Source: a virus (taxonomy: Duplodnaviria > Caudoviricetes). Taken from it: a DNA stretch of 64,000 nucleotides. Position 1 is the stretch's first letter. The number at the start of each line of letters is the position of its first letter. Position numbers and translations under genes: made by a program. The notes beneath the pieces were generated by a model, which saw only the letters and a program-made list of their open reading frames with translations, did no database searches and was not told where the DNA came from. The stretch lies in the IMG/VR virus record IMGVR_UViG_3300008259_002957. The stretch is one strand, 5' to 3'. Shown one piece after another: positions 20,056 to 28,232 of the stretch.

Positions 20056-20132
20056 GGGGGATTAGCTCAATTGGTTAGAGCGTCGGACTCATAATCCGCA
20101 GGTTATCGGTTCAAGTCCGGTATCCCCTACCA
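20056..20132 (+). tRNA. tRNA with CAU anticodon (Ile2 or elongator Met)
   Basis: TAGCTCAATTGGTTAGAGC D arm, CTCATAA loop, GGTTCAAGTCC T arm, CCA end. Confidence 0.92.
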
Positions 20133-20134
20133 TA

Positions 20135-20211
<77 letters not shown>

Positions 20212-20229
20212 ACTTTACAAGAGAGCAAG

Positions 20230-20637
20230 ATGAGTTACACTGAAAAGACTATGGTCGCTGGTGAAGCAGAGATCATCTACACCACCTTCTCCTACTGGAA
20301 CTTGGTGTTTGGGTTTGGCATTGGCCTTGCCCTTGCTCCGATCACCCTTGGTTTGAGTATGCTGTTCGCACTTGCGGCTGTGCTGGATCACTACTTCACA
20401 GAGTATTCCATTACCACAAGGCGTGTGTTGACCAAGCGTGGTGTGATCCGGCGGCGGGTGAGTGAAGTGAACATCCGCAAGGTCGAAGGTGTTTCGGTGC
20501 GTCAAACGGTGCTGGGACGCATCTTGGGTTATGGTGATGTGATCGTGCGTGGCACTGGCACAGAGCATTTGACCATCCGGATGGTGCAGGCCCCGCTGTT
20601 AGTGAAAGTTTCTATCCAGAATCAGGTTGACAAGTAA
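20230..20637 (+). CDS. Bacterial PH-domain (bPH_2) membrane protein
   Basis: TM segments, then EYSITTRRVLTKRGVI...IRKVEGVSVRQTVLGRILGYGDVIVRGTG. Confidence 0.85.
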   Translation: MSYTEKTMVAGEAEIIYTTFSYWNLVFGFGIGLALAPITLGLSMLFALAAVLDHYFTEYSITTRRVLTKRGVIRRRVSEVNIRKVEGVSVRQTVLGRILGYGDVIVRGTGTEHLTIRMVQAPLLVKVSIQNQVDK

Positions 20638-20682
20638 GTGTGTCTGTCGTATAGTATACAAGTAGGCAAAGAGGGAAGCAAC

Positions 20683-21684
20683 ATGTCTAACGTTAAATTT
20701 CTTGATGGTACTTTTAAACTGCGCGGCAAAGATGTAGATATGTCGGGCATGGTTCTGCCCATGTTGGAAGGTTTTAAGGTTGGTGTTCGTGGCGGCTACG
20801 TGACTGTGGATGGTAAGGCAGTCCCTGGGTTTCCTGATCGTGCGATTAAGGTGTATGTTGCAGGTGCAGGCTCGGTTGAAGAGACCGAAGACTCCGTGGC
20901 CGCCACTGCCAGAGAAGAATCCGACGAAGAAGTGATTGAACGACTGCGTGAACGCTTTGATATGCTGTCGGACATGACCAGAGCAGTCAAGCGCGGCGAA
21001 GTACGTGCTATGATCGTAAGTGGTCCTCCGGGCGTGGGCAAGAGCCACGGTGTTGAAGAAGTTCTTGATCGCTACAAGATGATGGAGACTCTTGGTGCTG
21101 CCAAGACTCACGAAGTTGTCAAAGGTGCTATGAGTGCGTTGGGTCTCTATGCCAAACTGTTCAAGATGAGTGCTCCAGGCAACATTGTTGTGTTTGACGA
21201 CTGTGACAGTGTGTTCTCAGACGAACTGAGCCTGAACATCCTCAAGGCTGCACTGGACTCAAAGAAGACTCGTACTATCCACTGGAACACTGATAGCCGA
21301 CTGTTGCGTCAAGAAGGTATTCCAGGTTCGTTCAAGTTTGAAGGTAGTGCTATCTTCATCACCAACTTGAAGTTCGACAAGGTCAGAGGTAAACTGCGTG
21401 AACACCTTGCAGCATTGGAATCACGCTGCCACTATATCGACTTGACCATTGACACTGATCGTGAGAAGATGCTGCGTATCCAACAGATCGTTCGTGACGG
21501 CATGTTGGATGAATATGAGTTTGACGAAGAAATGCAACAGGAGATTGTTGACTTCGTTGATGTGAATAAGAAGCGACTGCGCGAACTTTCCCTCAGGTCC
21601 GTGCTCAAGGTCGCCGACTTGGCAAAGGCCTTTCCTACCAAATGGGAAGCCGTTGCCGAAAGCACTGTGATGCGTCGAGACTGA
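20683..21684 (+). CDS. P-loop (AAA-like) ATPase conserved in T4-like phages
   Basis: Walker A GPPGVGKS, Walker B VVFDDCD, IFITN, ALESRC. Confidence 0.85.
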   Translation: MSNVKFLDGTFKLRGKDVDMSGMVLPMLEGFKVGVRGGYVTVDGKAVPGFPDRAIKVYVAGAGSVEETEDSVAATAREESDEEVIERLRERFDMLSDMTRAVKRGEVRAMIVSGPPGVGKSHGVEEVLDRYKMMETLGAAKTHEVVKGAMSALGLYAKLFKMSAPGNIVVFDDCDSVFSDELSLNILKAALDSKKTRTIHWNTDSRLLRQEGIPGSFKFEGSAIFITNLKFDKVRGKLREHLAALESRCHYIDLTIDTDREKMLRIQQIVRDGMLDEYEFDEEMQQEIVDFVDVNKKRLRELSLRSVLKVADLAKAFPTKWEAVAESTVMRRD

Positions 21685-21699
21685 CTCCGCATCACAGTA

Positions 21700-21840
21700 T
21701 GCTACACGGACCGCCCTCATCCGTGTAGCAGCCCAGGTAGACAGTGTGCCCTCGCTGGTCTACCGACTACGGAGAAGCGTCGCCCTCACGCCCTCTCCAC
21801 AGTGCCCTAGCAGGATGCCCTCCCTGCTAGGGCTTTTTTA
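21700..21840 (+). ncRNA. Candidate cuckoo-like sRNA: four hairpins, each with GCCCUC in the loop
   Basis: Stems 21700-21710/21720-21730, 21736-21746/21753-21764, 21771-21780/21788-21798, 21804-21814/21823-21833; ends in a U-tract. Confidence 0.75.
21804..21840 (+). terminator. Rho-independent terminator (also the last hairpin of the candidate sRNA)
   Basis: GCCCTAGCAGG-atgccctc-CCTGCTAGGGC-TTTTTT. Confidence 0.9.
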
Positions 21841-21923
21841 TTGCAATCGCAGTCTTAGAGGTTGACAGGGCGGAACTGCTGTGCTATACATAACAAGTAA
21901 GCAACGCATAGAGGGAATACACA

Positions 21924-22223
21924 ATGCGTAAAGTTACTGTCCTCCGCAAGTTCCAAACTGTTAAAGCAATGCGCGACTGTATTGCTGCTTATACTGCAAA
22001 TGTTTTTGCAGACGAACTGCGCGAAGCTGCTGTTGCAATGTATGCAAATGACATTGCGAGAGCTGTTGTTGCGCTTAACGAGTTTATTAGAACGAGTGAC
22101 GCTGTTGCATTGCACAAGCGTATTATGTATTGGGACACAGACGTGCGGGAAGCATTTGTTAGCGTGTTGCACTACATAGAGCAAGAGCAAATGGTGCCTG
22201 CTACGGAGTTTGCTGTGCTGTAA
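21924..22223 (+). CDS. Early hypothetical protein (largely YC-free)
   Basis: Own cassette; no TC/CC between 21954 and 22197. Confidence 0.75.
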   Translation: MRKVTVLRKFQTVKAMRDCIAAYTANVFADELREAAVAMYANDIARAVVALNEFIRTSDAVALHKRIMYWDTDVREAFVSVLHYIEQEQMVPATEFAVL

Positions 22224-22290
22224 CAACGAGGAGTTGACAGCACAGTCTATCCGTGCTATACAATACAAATAGGGCAACAAGGAGCACACC

Positions 22291-22491
22291 ATGTCTAATG
22301 CACGTCTTGCAGAAATTGCTGCAAAGCACAGCGCAGCAATCCACGTCTACAAAACCACAGGAGAAATTGACAGCACGTCAGATCTCTACTTTGAAGTATA
22401 TGAATATTTCGCAAACGAAATGGACTCTAAAGTCCGCCGCAGTGCTGCACGCCAGTTTGACTACATAACAGAAAAAATCCGCAGCCTGTAA
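22291..22491 (+). CDS. Early hypothetical protein
   Basis: Own cassette. Confidence 0.75.
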   Translation: MSNARLAEIAAKHSAAIHVYKTTGEIDSTSDLYFEVYEYFANEMDSKVRRSAARQFDYITEKIRSL

Positions 22492-22558
22492 GAATGTGGT
22501 TGACACAGCCCTGTAGATATGCTATAACGTATGAGTAGGGCAACAAAGGACAACACCA

Positions 22559-22738
22559 ATGATCAAGATTACTATTCCAGCAGTGTCGGTTCGCGAAGCA
22601 GTCGACATCCGCGACAGAATTCAGGGCGTGATCCTTGTGAAGGGTGAGACGGCTGTGATTGGCGATGGCGGTGTTGTGATCACCACAGACAATCCTGTGC
22701 GTGTGTGCCTTGAACTGCAAGGCGATGGCTTCATCTAA
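22559..22738 (+). CDS. Early hypothetical protein (59 aa, not in the ORF track)
   Basis: Read by hand: MIKITIPAVSVREAVDIRDRIQGV...LQGDGFI*; own cassette. Confidence 0.7.
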   Translation: MIKITIPAVSVREAVDIRDRIQGVILVKGETAVIGDGGVVITTDNPVRVCLELQGDGFI

Positions 22739-22893
22739 CCCCGGCCAGGCGGGCTAAGTCATTGAAAACAATGGCAAATTTTTCTCGCACAAAAATGCTA
22801 AGTCGTTGTTTTTAAACGAATCATTTTGCTTGCAAACTGTGCTGCATAGTGTATAACTGTACTTGTAAGCAACACAGCAGAGGGAAACACGCT

Positions 22894-23100
22894 ATGCAAA
22901 ACACAGTTAAACTTGTGGACGTTGAGTATAACTATAAAAGCGAGCTTTGCGCTACGCTTACAAACAGCGTTAAAGCTGTGCGCTGCGAGGACGTGCTGTA
23001 TTTGGACTTTGTAAGCTATGCTGCAATGTGTGCAGTATACGAGGAGTGGTGCGAGCTTGCGGACGCGGGCGAAGAGGGTTATTTTTACGTAGCAGCGTAA
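22894..23100 (+). CDS. YC-free island ORF 1
   Basis: MQNTVKLVDV...; GAGGGA RBS; no Pro. Confidence 0.75.
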   Translation: MQNTVKLVDVEYNYKSELCATLTNSVKAVRCEDVLYLDFVSYAAMCAVYEEWCELADAGEEGYFYVAA

Positions 23101-23198
23101 AAAAACTTGCAGCACACAGCACTTTTTAGTTGACAAGTGCTGTGTGCTGTGCTATACATAACTTGTAAGCAACACAGCACAGCAGAGGGAAACACGCT

Positions 23199-23486
23199 AT
23201 GCAAAACACAGTAGCAAATACAGCAAATACTAATTACGTTTTTGTAATGCTTGATGACGCTACAAACGCAATTGTACTGCGTATTAATAAAACTGTTGAC
23301 GTTTTTTGTAATAGTGCAAACGACATAATTGCTGCATTTAAACAATATAATATTACGGACTGCGACACTATTATGTGCAGCAGTGACGTGGATTTTGCTA
23401 CGGAGTTTGACTATGCGTACGACAGTGCAGTACACGACATGCTTGACGAAGCTTTTGACGCACTAAATTTTAAACAATACGTTTAA
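23199..23486 (+). CDS. YC-free island ORF 2
   Basis: MQNTVANTAN...; no Pro, Gly or Trp. Confidence 0.75.
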   Translation: MQNTVANTANTNYVFVMLDDATNAIVLRINKTVDVFCNSANDIIAAFKQYNITDCDTIMCSSDVDFATEFDYAYDSAVHDMLDEAFDALNFKQYV

Positions 23487-23576
23487 AAAAACAGCAGCAC
23501 ACAGCACTTTTTACTTGACGAGTGCTGTGTGCTGTGCTATAACTTACACACGGGCAACACACGAGAGGGACTGCAC

Positions 23577-23768
23577 ATGACACGCGAAGAACTGTTTGCT
23601 AAAATTGCTGCAATTGCTGCTGACGCATACGACAGCACGGATGCTGACGAAGTGCAAAGCTGGGATGCATACGAAGCAGCGAAACAGATTGTTATTGCAA
23701 TGCAGACGGTTGGCTACGACATAACATATATGTTGGAGCAAATTGAGGAAGACGCTGACGAAGCGTAA
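23577..23768 (+). CDS. YC-free island ORF 3 (acidic)
   Basis: MTREELFAK...; no Pro. Confidence 0.75.
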   Translation: MTREELFAKIAAIAADAYDSTDADEVQSWDAYEAAKQIVIAMQTVGYDITYMLEQIEEDADEA

Positions 23769-23864
23769 CACAAAAAAAACTTGCAGCGCACAGCACTTTT
23801 TACTTGACGAGTGCTGTGTGCTGTGCTATACATAACTTGTAAGCAACGCAAGAGGGAACACGCT

Positions 23865-24152
23865 ATGCACACAGTAATTGCAGAATTTTTGCAGTGTTTT
23901 GCAGCATATATGCAGCATGTAGCCGCGCTAGCGGACGACACGGAACTCGAGCCCGCGGATGCGGAAGACGCTGTTAAAATTGCACAGCAACTTCCTTTGC
24001 TGTATGCAGTTGTTTACAGTCCCCGTGCAGCACAATGCGCTGCGCTTGATGCGCTAGAAGTCGACTGCATTAACATGCTCGACACCAACGTGCGCGATTT
24101 CTTTGCTAACCTGTATACTGTTAACGCACTGTTCCGCAGCAACGAGTTGTAA
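23865..24152 (+). CDS. Island-edge ORF 4
   Basis: MHTVIAEFL...; same promoter family as the island ORFs. Confidence 0.7.
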   Translation: MHTVIAEFLQCFAAYMQHVAALADDTELEPADAEDAVKIAQQLPLLYAVVYSPRAAQCAALDALEVDCINMLDTNVRDFFANLYTVNALFRSNEL

Positions 24153-24239
24153 TAAAAACTTGCAGCACACAGCACTTTTTACTTGACGAGTGCTGTGTGC
24201 TGTGCTATACATATTGCATAGGGCAAACAGGAGGGCAAG

Positions 24240-24380
24240 ATGAAGATTCAAATTAAAGCCGAAGACATCCAGCGCCGCGATCCGGTTGCTCGTGCATTGG
24301 CAGACAGTCGGTTCCAGCCTCGCACTGTGCGTGACAGAACCAAATACACCCGCAAACAGAAACACCGCAAAGCCTACTAA
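24240..24380 (+). CDS. Small basic ArfA-like protein (46 aa, not in the ORF track)
   Basis: Read by hand: MKIQIKAEDIQRRDPVARALADSRFQPRTVRDRTKYTRKQKHRKAY*. Confidence 0.6.
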   Translation: MKIQIKAEDIQRRDPVARALADSRFQPRTVRDRTKYTRKQKHRKAY

Positions 24381-24404
24381 GGCCCCGCTGTTAAGGAGAT
24401 CGAC

Positions 24405-24581
24405 ATGACTTTCTACCATTACTTCAAGACCGTGTGCCTCTTGCTTGCTAGCCTTGTGGCGTTCATTGCAGTGATTAGCCCCGAGACTGTGGGCAAATGG
24501 CAGGCCCGCAAAGACGTTGCCTACGACAGTATCTGGATCGAATGGATCAGTGACTGTGATTGCACAGAGCCACTGGAGTAA
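24405..24581 (+). CDS. Small membrane protein
   Basis: Read by hand; AAGGAG RBS; one hydrophobic segment. Confidence 0.6.
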   Translation: MTFYHYFKTVCLLLASLVAFIAVISPETVGKWQARKDVAYDSIWIEWISDCDCTEPLE

Positions 24582-24670
24582 GCGACTTTCCGCTTACTGC
24601 GGATAAAACCCGTTGACTCACCTGTAGATCATGCTATAAGTATAATACGAACGACAAAAAGGAGAAACCA

Positions 24671-25270
24671 ATGCGGATGATTCACATCCTCGGCGGCGTC
24701 GCTTCTTCAGCCGTGATCGTTGCAATGGCAGTGGTTTACTTGACGGCAGATGAGGCAAAAGCAGCCGTTGACCCCGTAGAAATCGTATATGTTGACCGAG
24801 TAGTAGAACGAGTGGTGGAGCGTGTGGTGCATGTGCCCATGCCCACCAGACCTGGCCAAGATCCTGAGGCTATCTTTGCTGATGCCGGCACAGAAGACCT
24901 ATACTGTCTAGCACAGAACATCTACTTTGAAAGCAGAGGCGAGAGCAAGGTAGGCCAAGAGTTTGTAGGTTGGGTTACACTGAACAGAGTTCAGAACTCA
25001 GACTTCCCCAGCGAGATCTGCAGGGTAGTGTGGCAGGACAGCCAGTTCTCATGGACACATGACGGCAAGAGCGACCAACCACGAGATGCTGCGGCTTGGG
25101 CAACAGCACAGACCATTGCCCTTGAAGTGGTGCAGGCCTATGGTGTAGAACGTGATCCAACCGAAGGCGCAACCTACTTCCATGCTACCTCAGTCCGACC
25201 TAGTTGGGCCAAGAAGTTCGAACGTGTGGTACAGATCGATAACCATATCTTCTACGTAGATAGAGGTTGA
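24671..25270 (+). CDS. Cell wall hydrolase, SleB/Hydrolase_2 family
   Basis: CLAQNIYFESRGE...VTLNRV...QFSWT...DPTEGATYFHA...V.P.WAK...IDNHIFY. Confidence 0.92.
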   Translation: MRMIHILGGVASSAVIVAMAVVYLTADEAKAAVDPVEIVYVDRVVERVVERVVHVPMPTRPGQDPEAIFADAGTEDLYCLAQNIYFESRGESKVGQEFVGWVTLNRVQNSDFPSEICRVVWQDSQFSWTHDGKSDQPRDAAAWATAQTIALEVVQAYGVERDPTEGATYFHATSVRPSWAKKFERVVQIDNHIFYVDRG

Positions 25271-25325
25271 CACACTGGTTGCCCTGTGCTATACATAACG
25301 TATAGGGCAACACAGGAGACACCAG

Positions 25326-25526
25326 ATGTGGCAAGTAAGAACACAGTTCTCCAAACCTAACGCAGACAATCCTACTGGGCCTTTGGAGTGGAACGCGGTG
25401 TTGGTGGCGACAGAAGCAGAAGCAGAAGCATGGTGGCACACTCGGACCACAGTGAAGAGTTCTGCTCGTAGAGTCTGCACCATGTTCGATCCTGAAGGAA
25501 ATTTAGTTAGAGTCCTGTTCAAATAA
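25326..25526 (+). CDS. Early hypothetical protein
   Basis: Own cassette. Confidence 0.7.
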   Translation: MWQVRTQFSKPNADNPTGPLEWNAVLVATEAEAEAWWHTRTTVKSSARRVCTMFDPEGNLVRVLFK

Positions 25527-25592
25527 CGGTTGACAACCCAGTTGCCCTGTGCTATACATAACACATAGGGCAACACAACAACGAGGCACAAG

Positions 25593-25664
25593 ATGAAACT
25601 TCCGATCCTGCTTTCCGCAATTATGATTGCTGTCGCTGCACATCACTACTTCACTTTCGCCTAA
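25593..25664 (+). CDS. 23-aa hydrophobic peptide
   Basis: MKLPILLSAIMIAVAAHHYFTFA*, directly after a cassette leader. Confidence 0.45.
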   Translation: MKLPILLSAIMIAVAAHHYFTFA

Positions 25665-25676
25665 GGGGGCTGCGCT

Positions 25677-25865
25677 ATGCTGAACTCACAAGAACTCACA
25701 GAGCGTGGTTGGAACATCTATCGTTCCAACAACTGGATTGGTCGTCATCGTGAAACTGGTCGGAAGATCACTGCTGGCACACACCTCACCCTGCTGCACC
25801 TGCTGAACTACGAAGAGTGGCAGAACTCGCAAACTTGGAGCACCGTGCTGGAACAAACTGGTTGA
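25677..25865 (+). CDS. Early hypothetical protein
   Basis: AAGGGGG RBS; stop within the next TTGACA. Confidence 0.65.
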   Translation: MLNSQELTERGWNIYRSNNWIGRHRETGRKITAGTHLTLLHLLNYEEWQNSQTWSTVLEQTG

Positions 25866-25924
25866 CAGCACACCAAACAGATGTTATAGTTAACGCATAG
25901 GGCAACACACTAGAGGGCAAACAC

Positions 25925-26326
25925 ATGTATACCTTTGATGAACAGATTGTTAGCGACCTCCACAAGGACGCTCGCGGCTATCGTCCGGATGAGTACTTCT
26001 GGGAAGAGTGGAGCCAGTGCGGCGACCTTACTCGTCAATCCATGTGGGACAACCTGCTGGAGGAACTGGCAGCGGAGACAGCACGGCAGCGGGACGCTTA
26101 TGCTCGTGCAGAGATCCACTTCCACCAGCGTGTCCAAGGCACTATGTTGGCAGGTGCCGAAGACGAACTCACTGCCATCCGTTGGATCCTTGAGGCCGAA
26201 CAGTTCACTAACTCGGACTTGGCCTACGGTTCGGACTATGTGGCTTGGCACTTTGGACTGCCCTACAAAGGCGAATTTGATCAGCAGATCCAGACTGTGA
26301 TCACGGCTATGGAGTCTGAGAACTAA
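25925..26326 (+). CDS. Early hypothetical protein
   Basis: MYTFDEQIVSDLHKDARGYRP..., a common phage N-terminus; own cassette. Confidence 0.8.
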   Translation: MYTFDEQIVSDLHKDARGYRPDEYFWEEWSQCGDLTRQSMWDNLLEELAAETARQRDAYARAEIHFHQRVQGTMLAGAEDELTAIRWILEAEQFTNSDLAYGSDYVAWHFGLPYKGEFDQQIQTVITAMESEN

Positions 26327-26395
26327 GTGGTTGACACAGTGTAACGGCCGTGCTATACATACGACATAGGGCAACACACTAGAGGGACTACACCA

Positions 26396-26758
26396 ATGAT
26401 GAAGTATGCAATCCTGTTCTCCATCCTTGCTTTTCCAGTGTTTGCACACAGCGGCGGTCTCGATCGCAACGGCTGCCACAACGACAACATCAATGGTGGA
26501 TACCACTGCCATCGTGAATCATCCAACAGCGAAGTTGCTCACAACGACAACAACGACCTTGAACGGCTGTTGATGGGTATCGTGGCTGTTGGTGTTATTT
26601 CTGCTGCGATTGCTCCTCAATCAGAACCTGTGTACCACCAGCCCGCAGTCCGTGCATGTGTGGTTGAAGAAGTAGAGTATACTCCGACTCGCGTTTACGT
26701 GGCAGTGATCGATACTTGTGCTGGACACATCCTAGATCAATATTCCTACAATCGCTGA
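26396..26758 (+). CDS. YHYH-domain exported protein
   Basis: Signal peptide, then HSGGLDRNGCHND...YHCH. Confidence 0.8.
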   Translation: MMKYAILFSILAFPVFAHSGGLDRNGCHNDNINGGYHCHRESSNSEVAHNDNNDLERLLMGIVAVGVISAAIAPQSEPVYHQPAVRACVVEEVEYTPTRVYVAVIDTCAGHILDQYSYNR

Positions 26759-26828
26759 ACTAAGTGGTTGACAACCCTGCTCAAGCCTGCTATACATAAC
26801 ACATAGGGCAACACAAGAGGAACACACC

Positions 26829-27080
26829 ATGAACCTTAACGCACAGAACATCCAGAAGATTCAAGCCATGCTGCGTAACGTTGCAGAAGTAGACCCCAAC
26901 GACATCATCTCCAACCGTGCAAGCCAACTGGCTGTGGACTTGGAACTGGTGCGTGTTCCGTTCCTATACGAAAGCCTTACAGAAGCAGAACGCATGTTGG
27001 TACAGTATGCTATCAGCAAGCGTGACGTGTATGTGTTGCGCCCAGACGCAAGACATGCTGTGAACCTCCAAGCAGCCTAA
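26829..27080 (+). CDS. Early hypothetical protein (last cassette)
   Basis: Own cassette. Confidence 0.75.
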   Translation: MNLNAQNIQKIQAMLRNVAEVDPNDIISNRASQLAVDLELVRVPFLYESLTEAERMLVQYAISKRDVYVLRPDARHAVNLQAA

Positions 27081-27607
27081 TCCGACACTGCGGCCCGACT
27101 CCTTAATGAATGTATACAGAACTTCCGCAGTGTTGGACAACCTGCGGATTTTCTCTTGAGGTCAGGTATGAGAAAATAAAAAATTTTTCTTTGGGGTGGT
27201 CGCTTAACAAACAATATATTGACACACACATACGCTAGCGTAACACCTGGTGTTGCCCGATCACCACCTCAAAACTATAAGTACTTCTCTATAATTTTTC
27301 TCGGCAGATTTTTTTACTCTGGTAGAACCCCTTCAGGGAATCGTATCTCCACAGCCACGCATCGTGCCGCAGTGTATTCCTCTGCTCTGCTTTCACACTC
27401 CGCTAGAGTTTTATGCACTGTGTCTGCAGTCAATCCATTCACAGTCAGTATCAGCAGTATCCACCACATTGTTCACCCTCCAAAAACAACCTCACTGAGT
27501 ATTTAAGTACTCCAGCAAATTTTTTTGCTGCAAAATTTTTTCTCCCGCAGCAACCCCTCCAGCGTAGAGTTGGTTGACACCCAACCAAGGTATGTTATAC
27601 TGTGTGC

Positions 27608-27859
27608 ATGACACGTTGGTTGATCACAGTACACATTTTTAACAACAACGATTATTTTGACTCTGTACAGCGGTCACGTATCTTCAACATACGTGGTCTG
27701 TTCAAGGATTCAGGTTTTGCTGTGATACTCAAAGAAAGTCTATACTACAATCCGCACAGTCAACGTATGTTTTATGTAGAGCATGCCAAGGAGTCTGCCA
27801 TCACCATGTTTTTATTGAAATACAATCTTGCTGGTCATCTAACCATAGAGCAGGTATAA
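27608..27859 (+). CDS. Hypothetical protein
   Basis: Downstream of TTGACA (27574)-N17-TATACT. Confidence 0.55.
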   Translation: MTRWLITVHIFNNNDYFDSVQRSRIFNIRGLFKDSGFAVILKESLYYNPHSQRMFYVEHAKESAITMFLLKYNLAGHLTIEQV

Positions 27860-28232
27860 TGTGGATACTCATTGATTCCCAGGACTACTACACTACAAAA
27901 ACAGAGTTTGAGCAGCGTGAGATTGAATACATCAATCCCTGTCTCAACCTGTTTGCTCCGTACGCAATAGAAGCATTGCAACCTTGTTAGCCTTGCGAGA
28001 TGGTTGTGCGATAGAGTTCTCTGTTGGATTGCAGCGTGTACTTGAAAATTTTACTGTGCATCCCAAGCGTATTGTGAAAATGGTGTAAAATTCGAAACCC
28101 TGTCATACGGCCCCTAGCGGCGTGTCGTTAGACGCCTAGCGACGTGGTTTTGTATTTTCGGTATTTTTATACAGCGATAGTACTACGATGGCTGATCGGT
28201 GTCGGTTGGTGTTGTAAACTGTGAAAATTTTG

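Noticed and set aside
22822-23923. UV-dimer avoidance as the cause of the YC-free island
   Set aside because: TT and CT are plentiful and the template strand keeps TC/CC, so dipyrimidine targets are not generally removed.
27859-28090. Possible frameshifted gene after 27859
   Set aside because: Two short open segments in different frames, but no slippery site or recognisable homology to justify joining them.
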